A stretch of DNA of 63,714 nt from a virus (Duplodnaviria > Caudoviricetes). Shown here piece after piece: positions 10,004 to 18,920 of this stretch; position 1 is the stretch's first letter; each line of letters starts with the position of its first letter. The position numbers and the translations under genes were made by a program. A model generated the notes under the pieces. The model did not search any database. It worked only from the letters and a program-made list of their open reading frames with translations, and was not told where the DNA came from. The stretch is from positions 1-63,714 of IMG/VR virus record IMGVR_UViG_3300030117_005059, one strand, 5' to 3'.

Positions 10004-10036
10004 AAAAACAGAAAACCCCGCCACAAGGGCGGGGTT
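10004..10036 (-). terminator. Rho-independent terminator after major capsid gene
   Basis: AACCCCGCC-CTTGT-GGCGGGGTT stem-loop followed by TTCTGTTTTT on the minus strand. Confidence 0.9.
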
Positions 10037-10064
10037 CCTGAGTCATCATCTGACTAGCCTACTA

Positions 10065-11828
10065 TTAGTTGACTAGATCACGGCAGATAACAAGACCGTA
10101 CATGTCCGAGCGTACCATCTGCTTAGCATACCGAGTCATCACAGCCTTGGTAGGTGCGAATGTATCGGGATTAAAGATGGTAGGCGTGACTTGCAGTGGC
10201 ACATAAGGTGCGTACACATAGCCGCTTTCAAGGAAGCTGTTACCCTTACGACCGACCAAAATCAACCCACGAGGGAAGTAAGGATCGACATAAACGTCCA
10301 TCTTCTTGCTTAGCGAACCAACGTTTTGAGCGCCCCAAGATCCACCTTCGTCGTCAACAGCGACCGAAGCACGGAATCCAGCGGTAAACTCAAGAATGCT
10401 GGCGACCTCGGGAGAACAAACAATAAAGTTTGCGCCACCACGGAGGGTCTTACGATGAATACGAGCACTGACATCATTGATGGTTTCCATCAAAGTCTCG
10501 TACCACTCGCTCACGGTACCCGTAAAGTCGGGAGGAGCGGTAGCCGAAGTAATGTCTGCACCACTTTCACGGTCGAGGAAACGACCAGGGCGACGACTCC
10601 AATAAAGGGTGCCACCAGTTGCGCCTTGAACAAGATCGTTAAGAATTTCTTGATCGATCTCAAGAGCAATTTGCTCCGAAAGAACGCTAGTAAGCTCAAC
10701 CTCAGCGTCAAGGTTGTGATAAGCATTGAGGTCCTGAGCAAGCTCCGGGGTCCACTTAGCTTTCAACTTACGGGTCATGGCGGTAACAGCAATGCTGTCA
10801 ACCTTGATATCGATCTCTGGAATGGTATCATTGACACCAAGATCGCCACCAAGTTCCAAGCCCCAACCTTCGGCACCGACGACGGAGCCAACAGATCCAC
10901 CAGCGGAGAACTTATCTTTTCTTCCGAAGAAGAGAGTACCTGAAACGCCAGCAATGTTACCAACGTTCAACGCACTATTACCATGGACAACCATAGTAAG
11001 GTAGTGACTACCATCGGACGAAGCAGAGTGCTGCGTCAAACGGCGAACAACTCGGGTTGCAGTCGTTGCAAGGTCACTGTTGTCAAGGTCAACGGTCGTA
11101 AGGTTATCAAAGTTAAGATCATCCTTAATAGTCGTGACTTCAACACGAATAACACCAATCTTGTCGGTGTCAGTTTGACCCAAGAGGTCTGCATCATACT
11201 CGATGCGCTTGAACAAATCAGCGTTAGCCGAAGCGGTCAGAGCACGAATCTCGGTTTCAGCGGTAAGCTCAGTGAGGAGCCCAGCAGCAACTGCCAAAGT
11301 ACCCGTCGGGGTGCTATAGCCGTTAGCCAAGTCGTAAGCGCCTGCACGGTACGAACCATCGTTGTCAACCAAACCTGCATCGGGAATCGAAAGATCGACA
11401 CCACCAGTGATCTGCGAACCAACTCGACGACCACCGTAGATTGATTTTCCTTTTTGGTTATAAGGAATGTCTGAACCACCAGCACGGTTAGTACCGAGCG
11501 TGAAGTCCAAGAAGAACACGAGCCCACTGGGGAGACTCATCGGTTGCACTGACACGAGGTCCTGTGCAAGTAACCCGCCGAATACACGACGTACAATTGG
11601 GAATGCGACTGAAGCAAAGCCTTCAACGTCACCCGCAGCCATGGAGCTAGCTTCCTTGAGAAGTTGAGCAGCCTGGTTTTCAAGAAGACGACTCATCGCC
11701 GATCGCTTAGTATCGTCGCCGAGTCCTTCCAAAAGACCAGTTCTTTCCCACTTCTCCAGAAGAGCCTCACCCTCACGAGCCAAGGAACGTTCACGAATGC
11801 CTTCAGTCAATTTTTCTAAATAAGACAT
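10065..11828 (-). CDS. Major capsid protein (T4 gp23-like)
   Basis: LLENQ, VSVQPMSLPSGL, RKLKAKWTPELAQDL, EIDQEI, VYVDPY, YAPYVPL, MTRYA; strong AGGAGG SD. Confidence 0.97.
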   Translation of the reverse strand: MSYLEKLTEGIRERSLAREGEALLEKWERTGLLEGLGDDTKRSAMSRLLENQAAQLLKEASSMAAGDVEGFASVAFPIVRRVFGGLLAQDLVSVQPMSLPSGLVFFLDFTLGTNRAGGSDIPYNQKGKSIYGGRRVGSQITGGVDLSIPDAGLVDNDGSYRAGAYDLANGYSTPTGTLAVAAGLLTELTAETEIRALTASANADLFKRIEYDADLLGQTDTDKIGVIRVEVTTIKDDLNFDNLTTVDLDNSDLATTATRVVRRLTQHSASSDGSHYLTMVVHGNSALNVGNIAGVSGTLFFGRKDKFSAGGSVGSVVGAEGWGLELGGDLGVNDTIPEIDIKVDSIAVTAMTRKLKAKWTPELAQDLNAYHNLDAEVELTSVLSEQIALEIDQEILNDLVQGATGGTLYWSRRPGRFLDRESGADITSATAPPDFTGTVSEWYETLMETINDVSARIHRKTLRGGANFIVCSPEVASILEFTAGFRASVAVDDEGGSWGAQNVGSLSKKMDVYVDPYFPRGLILVGRKGNSFLESGYVYAPYVPLQVTPTIFNPDTFAPTKAVMTRYAKQMVRSDMYGLVICRDLVN

Positions 11829-11843
11829 TTTTTTCCTCCTAGA

Positions 11844-12929
11844 TTAGTTGTCTTTTAATCCTGCGAGTTTCGCCCATCGATTCTTCACAGGATTATTATC
11901 AGTTGATGGAACTTCCTTTCTGGAACTTATAATAGTTGAAGATTTTCTAGTGATAGCCTCTGACAACGTATTAGCTTTTTTAGCCGGACGGCTGCTATTA
12001 GTTCTCTTAAGGGTCTCATAAATCGTCTTCGCCTCATCAACCGTTTGTGCATTCGTGATGTGTTCGGCAATCTGATTTCTCTGCCGCTCATTCAGGGAGC
12101 CATCCTTCAGTACACGATTTGTATAAAGCAGTCTTGCATTTGAAAGGTTGATTTCTTCCAACCGATCTTTAGCTTGTACAAGCAGTGCTTTAAGTCCGTT
12201 ATTTTCTTCCAACAAAGTGTTATAATTTAATTCTAATTGTAGTTTCTCTTCGATAAAGCTTTCCATTGCCTCATCTTTTTCTTGCCCGTCACGAGCATTG
12301 CTGACTGGAACCTCTTCTAGTTCTTCTGTATAGCCGTGCTCATCTTCGTGAGCCATGGCGTCTAGTTCCATTTCAGCCTCTTCGGGGAGATCTAAGTTTA
12401 GCATTTCTTTAAATACTTCTACTAGTTCTTCCTCGTCAATCTCAATATCTTCATCTCTATTTCCAGGCGCAGCCTCTAACTCTTCATCAGAAAACTCTGG
12501 TGCGAGTGCTTGCTCTTCATCAGCCAACTCAGGAATACCAACTTCATCCGCTAGTTCTTCACGATTAGCCTTTTCATCTTCTGCACCTTCAGCTTTAGCC
12601 GCAGACATAATAGCACCTAAATCAATCTCGACCACATCCGTCCCGGCAGCCTGCCCCATTGGGAGGCTATCCATAACTGCAACTTGTGCGGGGTCTTCTT
12701 CTCCGGCTGGGTCAGCGGCTGGGTCAGCCATTGGATCAGCGGCAGGATCGTCCATACCCAGGTCCATTTCCCCTGCGTCTTCTTCTCCGGGTTCTTGTTC
12801 TAGAAGTTTTTCTACTCTTTCTCTAACTTCGTCTGAATATTTCTCAACCACCGCAGATTCTGCGTTTCTTAGCGCAGCCTCACGCAGTTGTTGTGCATCT
12901 AAAATAGCCTGATCTAGCATACTTGACAT
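11844..12929 (-). CDS. Prohead core scaffold protein (gp22-like)
   Basis: Very acidic N-half, coiled-coil C-half (NLSNARLLYTN), ending RWAKLAGL; immediately before the capsid gene. Confidence 0.75.
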   Translation of the reverse strand: MSSMLDQAILDAQQLREAALRNAESAVVEKYSDEVRERVEKLLEQEPGEEDAGEMDLGMDDPAADPMADPAADPAGEEDPAQVAVMDSLPMGQAAGTDVVEIDLGAIMSAAKAEGAEDEKANREELADEVGIPELADEEQALAPEFSDEELEAAPGNRDEDIEIDEEELVEVFKEMLNLDLPEEAEMELDAMAHEDEHGYTEELEEVPVSNARDGQEKDEAMESFIEEKLQLELNYNTLLEENNGLKALLVQAKDRLEEINLSNARLLYTNRVLKDGSLNERQRNQIAEHITNAQTVDEAKTIYETLKRTNSSRPAKKANTLSEAITRKSSTIISSRKEVPSTDNNPVKNRWAKLAGLKDN

Positions 12930-12963
12930 TTGTTTTCCTCTCTGTGATGAGATTTCATCAAAG

Positions 12964-12972
12964 TAAATAGTT
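12964..12972 (-). promoter_or_regulatory. Putative late promoter motif AACTATTTA upstream of scaffold/capsid
   Basis: Exact motif followed by the inverted repeat TGATGA-N4-TCATCA at 12945-12960. Confidence 0.65.
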
Positions 12973-12995
12973 GCAACACTGTCAAAACTCCTTTA

Positions 12996-13463
12996 TTAGA
13001 CGCCAGGCAAATAATAGACATAGACATGAAATTTGCCACCGGTTAAAGCAGCAGTGCCAATTACAATCCCTACTGGTAGTGATCCTTGCAGTTTAACTCC
13101 GCCGTTTGGTGCTGCAATGTTAGTCAAAAGAAGACCAGAGGCGTTTGCAGTAAACCCAGTAAAAGCTGCGGCATCTCTAAACGCATCATAATCGCCCTGG
13201 AGACCAATACCAACAGTCGCTGATCCCGCAGATGCAAGGTCTGTCTCTATATCAATGTGTCCGCCAATAAGAACAGCATTGTCTGGAATCGAAGTGCTTA
13301 GGTTTATGTTACCAGTATCACCGCCGTCAACTGAAAAATCATAAGTTGCCTTAAGGATTCTAGGCACAGCCACCCAAGTTCCCTCAACGGGGACGTTGGA
13401 TTGACCGCTGGCACCAAGATCAATATCTTGAACTTTTGTGCGACCCGGTGTGAATTTACCCAT
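12996..13463 (-). CDS. Hypothetical beta-rich virion protein (possible head decoration)
   Basis: 155 aa, Gly/Ala/Thr-rich with a beta-strand pattern, in the head module. Confidence 0.6.
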   Translation of the reverse strand: MGKFTPGRTKVQDIDLGASGQSNVPVEGTWVAVPRILKATYDFSVDGGDTGNINLSTSIPDNAVLIGGHIDIETDLASAGSATVGIGLQGDYDAFRDAAAFTGFTANASGLLLTNIAAPNGGVKLQGSLPVGIVIGTAALTGGKFHVYVYYLPGV

Positions 13464-13477
13464 GTGCTAGTGCCCCC

Positions 13478-13924
13478 TTAACTGTCAATACCATCGCCCG
13501 AAAGCGAGAACATTTGGTCTGGATCGATGCCTGTAAGCTCTGCAAAGATTTCAACATGTCCGTTCGCAGCTTTGGAGGTAACGTAAACTCTCTCAGCTTT
13601 TACGTCCATTGCGAGACTATCTCCAAAGTTATCTAGAGTAATATAATGGTTGTTAACATCCCAGTTACTAGTTTCGGAGAAGTGTACTTTTAGCCCAACG
13701 TTAGTTGTGCTTTTATTAACCACCGTAATGTGCCTTGACACCGAAGGGAATGAGTATCCCATTGTGCTTCCACTTGCGATCGTAGCACCTGACCCAGTTA
13801 CATAGGGGATACCTGCAACTTGATAAGAGCCTACGTTACCAATCCCCGCTCTATAAGCTGAATGATAACTTGTGTTGTCTTTGGATTCTGCTCGACCTGT
13901 GTGTGCGCCTTTCCTAAAACTCAT
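13478..13924 (-). CDS. Hypothetical virion protein
   Basis: 148 aa, GNVGSYQVAGIPYVTGS, beta-rich. Confidence 0.6.
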   Translation of the reverse strand: MSFRKGAHTGRAESKDNTSYHSAYRAGIGNVGSYQVAGIPYVTGSGATIASGSTMGYSFPSVSRHITVVNKSTTNVGLKVHFSETSNWDVNNHYITLDNFGDSLAMDVKAERVYVTSKAANGHVEIFAELTGIDPDQMFSLSGDGIDS

Positions 13925-14214
13925 GAGTTCTTTCTCCTATTGTACCTTTTCTTGCTAAGGTTGCTATAGTTATATAGTTCCTTTTCTTTTTGATTCAACT
14001 TGTTAAGTAGTTTTTGCCTTCTTCTTTTTTGTTCGTTCTTAACAATAGACGGCTTTTTGTAATATTTTCGGTCTCTAACCTCATCCAAAATGCCAGACTT
14101 GCGAACCTTCTTGATAAACTTCCTGACCATAATTTCTGAGTTGTCTCGACACTCATCGGACCTAACCTCAATAAAGGTTGAGGTTTTTCGCATCTTAGTT
14201 TTTTGTCTTCTCAT
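13921..14214 (-). CDS. rpsU: Phage-encoded 30S ribosomal protein bS21
   Basis: IEVR...SEIMVRKFIKKVRKSGILDEVRDRKYYKKPSIVK matches the S21 pattern (LrrFkrkv.k.GIl.e.r.r..YeKPS). Confidence 0.88.
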   Translation of the reverse strand: MRRQKTKMRKTSTFIEVRSDECRDNSEIMVRKFIKKVRKSGILDEVRDRKYYKKPSIVKNEQKRRRQKLLNKLNQKEKELYNYSNLSKKRYNRRKNS

Positions 14215-14222
14215 TTATAAAC

Positions 14223-14624
14223 TCACTTTCTTTTGTTCATTTTGTCTAAGATATTACCCCAGTTAGACATTCCTGGGATGCTCTCGATTCCAACTCCCGC
14301 ACTTGATGGGTCAACACCAATTGGACTGTTACCGCCAGGCAGTGGCTTTGTCCCTTCAAATAAAGCGGGGTTATCAAATTTTCTTTTTGCATCTTCGTAG
14401 CCGCTTTTCCCGATTGAGCCGAGAACTTTTTTACGACTATCCTTCATTTGTTTTCTAAAGCCTTGCTCATGGCTAGGAACAGGGGCTTGTCGGCTTTCAA
14501 CAACCAGACCCGCATTCAAACCTTCAGCAACCTCTGTTACAATTGTCTTTAGAAGACCCTCTTCAAGAATAATCTCTCTCACACACTCTTTGACTAGAGC
14601 CTTAAGTTGTGAACGTTTCATCAA
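14223..14624 (-). CDS. Hypothetical protein with KRSQLKALVKE leader (putative prohead/internal protein)
   Basis: 133-aa ORF overlapping the protease stop. Confidence 0.7.
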   Translation of the reverse strand: MMKRSQLKALVKECVREIILEEGLLKTIVTEVAEGLNAGLVVESRQAPVPSHEQGFRKQMKDSRKKVLGSIGKSGYEDAKRKFDNPALFEGTKPLPGGNSPIGVDPSSAGVGIESIPGMSNWGNILDKMNKRK

Positions 14625-15214
14625 TCCTCCAAGATTTCGTTTAACGCACGATTAATACGGTCAGCCTTTGTTAAGTTAGACTTAACTTGACTCTCCGCAA
14701 CCAAATATGCACCGGTAGTGCTTGGCTCTGAAACTAAATCAAAGCACAAGAGTTGAAAATCATCTTCAACCATAGTTGTTTTACCTTGTTGTCGGGTAGA
14801 GCCGAGCCCTCTGGAAGATATTCCCAACTGGACACCGCCTTTTACAAGTTGTTTAGCAACTTTTCCTGCCGGTGTGTCAAGAATCTTCAATTTGCCCATA
14901 ACATCATCACCATTCCACCAAACTTCGGTTACAAGGTGACTAGCATTCTTCAATTCCACAACTGAACTGTCTGGGTGATCGAGTTCTCCAATAGCTCGAC
15001 CTTCACGAACGAGCTTTTCGTAGTTTTTCATCTCTCGCTCAAGGATTGGCTTAGGATAAATTCTACCATTGCCGTTTTTCTTGCCTGCGGCTTGGATTTT
15101 GCCTGCTAGAACCAGATGGATACCGCTTTTATTACCCTCTCGCTCTTCTTCAGTCAACAATGAATCGCTATAATCCAAATTCATAAACTCTTGAAGCACA
15201 TATTTCTTTGTCAT
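14621..15214 (-). CDS. Prohead core protease (gp21-like)
   Basis: NGNGRIYP, GELDHP, SH, LGISSRGLGS, FDLVSEPST. Confidence 0.95.
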   Translation of the reverse strand: MTKKYVLQEFMNLDYSDSLLTEEEREGNKSGIHLVLAGKIQAAGKKNGNGRIYPKPILEREMKNYEKLVREGRAIGELDHPDSSVVELKNASHLVTEVWWNGDDVMGKLKILDTPAGKVAKQLVKGGVQLGISSRGLGSTRQQGKTTMVEDDFQLLCFDLVSEPSTTGAYLVAESQVKSNLTKADRINRALNEILED

Positions 15215-15224
15215 TTTTGTCTCC

Positions 15225-15329
15225 TTAAAGTGCGGGCGCTACCCGCACGATACTACTACCCCTGCAACACCTGGCGACTGGTCTCAGTCTCCACTTCTGG
15301 GTCCACATCCCCTTTAGCTCGATATTCAT
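15225..15329 (-). CDS. Possible small ORF (34 aa, MNIELKGMWTQKWRLRPVARCCRGSSIVRVAPAL)
   Basis: ATG preceded by GGGGGA at 7 nt; overlaps the 3' end of 15256..15609 in another frame; its stop abuts the protease SD. Confidence 0.45.
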   Translation of the reverse strand: MNIELKGMWTQKWRLRPVARCCRGSSIVRVAPAL

Positions 15330-15609
15330 GTTGAAATCCCCCATCTGATATCAGCATACACAACGCATAAGATGTGCCAGACGATAACCAACCCAATAGG
15401 AGGGCGTTAACGACTGTTACATCAAATGTAAATAGTTCTGTAAATGGGTTTAGGAGCACAAGAAGTACACCAACCCAAAAGCCAACACACATTGGGCAAT
15501 GAAAAAAGTGATGTGAGGGTCGATATGGCTTAAATAAGCTAGAGAAAACTAATATTTGAGTTAAACCATAAGCACAAAGAACAAAAACCAGAACGCTTAT
15601 TGCGGACAT
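15256..15609 (-). CDS. Membrane protein, DUF1360-like (CPxCxGFW)
   Basis: Three hydrophobic segments and FFHCPMCVGFWVG. Confidence 0.65.
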   Translation of the reverse strand: MSAISVLVFVLCAYGLTQILVFSSLFKPYRPSHHFFHCPMCVGFWVGVLLVLLNPFTELFTFDVTVVNALLLGWLSSGTSYALCMLISDGGFQHEYRAKGDVDPEVETETSRQVLQG

Positions 15610-15621
15610 ATATCTCCCATT

Positions 15622-16188
15622 CTAGAACATGTAGCCATAGCCGGCATATGTGTAATAAGGTAGATCACTTTGCCCGTGCTTACGTCTATTTTGTTCTGGC
15701 TCTATCTCACCATACTCAGTGGACTCGTCTGGGTCTGGGTTAACAAACCTGTCCTCAATCTCAGTTTCGTAGTCCTTCCCAAATTGCTCTTCAATCGCAT
15801 ACTGTTTCATAAATTTTTCAATCTCAAACAGTGCCACTTGCAATGGGCTAACATCCTCTTCTAATGATTGAGTCAACGTTCCCTCTAAGACTCCTCTTAG
15901 AATACCGCCCTGAATAGTGTTCAATCCTAGTACACCTGTTCTCGCTAGCGAATCCAAAAGAAACTTTTGATAATAATAAACTTCATCCCCTAGACCAAAT
16001 TTAGGCATCGTCATAATCTTACTCTCCGCCGGGATCACAACAATGTCCATCATATCATGATCTTTAATGAGGATATTTCCATCAAGCGTCTTGTGAGCCT
16101 TAAGACGAACAGTAGCCTGAACCTCTTCGACCTCTTCGACATCAGCACCACCAGCAGCGGCTTTGTTTATAGTAATTTTAATCGCCAT
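15622..16188 (-). CDS. Hypothetical protein
   Basis: About 188-aa ORF in the head operon, likely start MAIKITI. Confidence 0.7.
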   Translation of the reverse strand: MAIKITINKAAAGGADVEEVEEVQATVRLKAHKTLDGNILIKDHDMMDIVVIPAESKIMTMPKFGLGDEVYYYQKFLLDSLARTGVLGLNTIQGGILRGVLEGTLTQSLEEDVSPLQVALFEIEKFMKQYAIEEQFGKDYETEIEDRFVNPDPDESTEYGEIEPEQNRRKHGQSDLPYYTYAGYGYMF

Positions 16189-17008
16189 CTTTCTTGTACT
16201 CATTAGCAAGTTTTTGTATTTTTAAAACTGTCTTTAGATCATCTTGAGAAAACTCTGACATGCTAAAGTTCTCAATAATTCTTAGAACACTCTTTGTGTT
16301 TTTAACCATCTGGTCGTCACTTTTTACATCTTCCATCACCAGTGAATTCTTTACCTCACTATGCAACCGGGCTAGTTCAGAATTTAAATAAACTCTAAAA
16401 TCAACACCACCATCCCTGATTGATAGAATGTGTCGATTCAATAATCCTTTTTGCTCAGGCAGTAAGTCTGAGTATTGAGAATTGTATTTTTTGGTGAAGC
16501 TCTTTATAACCAAATCATCAATTGGCTTAAGTTCAGACTCTTCTCTATCCTCATCCTTTTGAGTCAAATTTTCTAACACTGTTCTTTCCATCAACACCTT
16601 CTTCTTCACTGGTGTTTGGTCACTAAAAATTTGAGATATTGTAGCTAATGCTCTATAGTTTGGAACAAACGCAGAAAACACATCGTTACCGATTTCGTGG
16701 TTGATACGCCTAATCATTGCGCTTTGCTCTACAAAGAGTTGCTTTTGATTTATATTCCCATGTTCCACCTTGGTCTGGTAAACTAACTTCTCAGCAGTAT
16801 ACCCATCAAGGTTATCAGCCTCACACAAAGCCTTATAGCAATCAAGCTCTTTTCTTAGAGCCTTTGTCTTTGCAAACGATTCTTTTAGAATTGATCTAAT
16901 AGACGAAGCTCTTTTATAGTCTTTTGCCAGCACAGACTTAGTTAACTCACGAACCAGAGCTTCAAAAATAAAACCAGTGTTTCTTTTCTTATTGTGCTTG
17001 GTCTTCAT
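16178..17008 (-). CDS. Hypothetical helical protein downstream of portal (prohead-core-type)
   Basis: 276 aa, KHNKKRNTGFIFEAL N-terminus, overlaps the portal end. Confidence 0.7.
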   Translation of the reverse strand: MKTKHNKKRNTGFIFEALVRELTKSVLAKDYKRASSIRSILKESFAKTKALRKELDCYKALCEADNLDGYTAEKLVYQTKVEHGNINQKQLFVEQSAMIRRINHEIGNDVFSAFVPNYRALATISQIFSDQTPVKKKVLMERTVLENLTQKDEDREESELKPIDDLVIKSFTKKYNSQYSDLLPEQKGLLNRHILSIRDGGVDFRVYLNSELARLHSEVKNSLVMEDVKSDDQMVKNTKSVLRIIENFSMSEFSQDDLKTVLKIQKLANEYKKDGD

Positions 17009-18917
17009 TCTTAGCCTCCAACTGACTGATCAAATTCTTAATTTGATTCTTGGTCTCGAATAAAAGAGTTTCATCCTTTTCGTACATCTCAGTCACCCCA
17101 ACTGCTAACTTATTTATATCCTGTGCCCCTTTAAATAGGTTCCTAGTTGCGCTTGAGGCAGTTTGTTGTCCAGCTTGTGCAGCATAACTTCTACGCCTAG
17201 GTCCCATACCCTTTCTGCTGTCCATTGTCTCGGGAGTATAAAACTTCCCTTTAGCCCCTGGTGTGAGGTATGCCTGATCTCTCATACCGGGCGCTGCCAA
17301 TAGTGGACTTTCATCTCCTGCCGGCTCCTCGGCGGCGGCTTCCTCACCACCTCCTTCTTCACCTCCTAAACCTAAGTCCTCACCACCTAAGTCCTCTCCG
17401 CCAGCTTCTTCTCCACCAGCAGGTGCAGCAGCGGCGGCTGCTGCGGTAGCTGCCTCACCTGCCGCTGTGGCAGCGGATTCAATCACAGCGTCAAGCTTAG
17501 AGTCGTGATATCTTTCTTCAATGATTCTATCAATCTCTTGCTCATCAAGTTTGAAGATGTTTTTATATACCCATCGCTTTGAGAAGAACCCTTCTGTTGC
17601 GGCACCAGCGATGTCAAATCTAGTTCTCATGTGCTCCAACTCTTGAAGTTCAGCAATCTTAGATGGATTGTTTAGTGACAATTTGAAAGACAAAAGATCA
17701 TCACCTCTATACCCTAGTGTGTATAGGTGAACAACCGCCATCTTATGAAGCTCTGCGATAATAACTCTTTGCAGTCTTTGAATGGTTCTAGCAAATCGAA
17801 TATCTTTTTGCGCCAAAGTTGCTTTGTCTTCCATAGCATCTGACTGTGCCAAATAAGCCTTTGGAATCTTAAGTGCTGAAAACAACTTGTCCCTAAGATA
17901 CTGGACGTCTTCAATAGCACTGGTAAATTGTCCACCAGCTAAAGTTTCAACCCTTGATGAGTTGCCGGCTCTAACAGGAATATAATAATCCTCATCAATG
18001 CTCATCGCATTGTAACGAAGATCCACCCTACCAGTATCAGCATCAACGATTTGGTTTCGCTTCATTTGAGTTCGCACTTGCTCAATGTATTGCTCGACTT
18101 CTTGCGGCGGGATGTTGCCCACGTCAATGTAAAAAACACGACGCTCTGGGGAACGCACCACCCGGTAAGCCATCATGGCATCTTCAATTAGAGTAAGCTG
18201 TCTCCAGATTCTTCTTGCTGGCTCTAATACTGACGTTCCATACGGGGTATATAATTCATTTCCCAGGACCCTAAAGTGTGCAATCTGCCAGTTCTCGAAG
18301 GTAACTCCCGAAGGCGAGTTTTGTCCCCCGCTCCAAAAGTATTGAATGTAATTTGGGTTGGTCGGGTCTGTGCCCTCGACTCTTTCGCACTCTCTTAGCG
18401 GCAGCGGCACCACGTTTGTAATACCAAGTTCTTCATCAATGTCAAGATATAAAAAATAATCTCCGTATTTACAAGTTGACCGAGCCCAGCCAAATAAGTT
18501 AAAGTCAATGTTCAGCACACTATACAACAAAACGTTTATGATGTGCTTAATCTCTTGGTTTTGACAATCAACCCTAACGATTGGGGAGATCTCTGAAGAA
18601 GTTGTAATCTCATCGGCGTACACATCTAACGATGACGCAATCTCTGGCATATATTCCATTTGATCAAAGTCAGCATATCGATACTCACGATTCTGCTCAG
18701 ACAGTTGTTTGCTTTGCAGAGGTTCAAATATATTATAATATTCTTTTTTCTTGAACTCTTTGCCCGTGCTAGTAGTAAAGGTGTAGTTCTTGATACTAGT
18801 TGATTTTAGGCGCTTAACCTGTTGCTTATTGTAGTTGACAATAGGACCACTGAATAGTCTTGTCAGCCTCTTAAACAGGGTAGCTTGTTTGTTTCTTGGG
18901 TTACTGTTGTCTGCCAT
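16989..18917 (-). CDS. Portal vertex protein (T4 gp20-like)
   Basis: EDAMMAYRVVRSPERRVFYIDVGNIP, EDYYIPVR, LKIPK; acidic Gly-rich C-terminal tail. Confidence 0.97.
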   Translation of the reverse strand: MADNSNPRNKQATLFKRLTRLFSGPIVNYNKQQVKRLKSTSIKNYTFTTSTGKEFKKKEYYNIFEPLQSKQLSEQNREYRYADFDQMEYMPEIASSLDVYADEITTSSEISPIVRVDCQNQEIKHIINVLLYSVLNIDFNLFGWARSTCKYGDYFLYLDIDEELGITNVVPLPLRECERVEGTDPTNPNYIQYFWSGGQNSPSGVTFENWQIAHFRVLGNELYTPYGTSVLEPARRIWRQLTLIEDAMMAYRVVRSPERRVFYIDVGNIPPQEVEQYIEQVRTQMKRNQIVDADTGRVDLRYNAMSIDEDYYIPVRAGNSSRVETLAGGQFTSAIEDVQYLRDKLFSALKIPKAYLAQSDAMEDKATLAQKDIRFARTIQRLQRVIIAELHKMAVVHLYTLGYRGDDLLSFKLSLNNPSKIAELQELEHMRTRFDIAGAATEGFFSKRWVYKNIFKLDEQEIDRIIEERYHDSKLDAVIESAATAAGEAATAAAAAAAPAGGEEAGGEDLGGEDLGLGGEEGGGEEAAAEEPAGDESPLLAAPGMRDQAYLTPGAKGKFYTPETMDSRKGMGPRRRSYAAQAGQQTASSATRNLFKGAQDINKLAVGVTEMYEKDETLLFETKNQIKNLISQLEAKNEDQAQ

Positions 18918-18920
18918 TTC

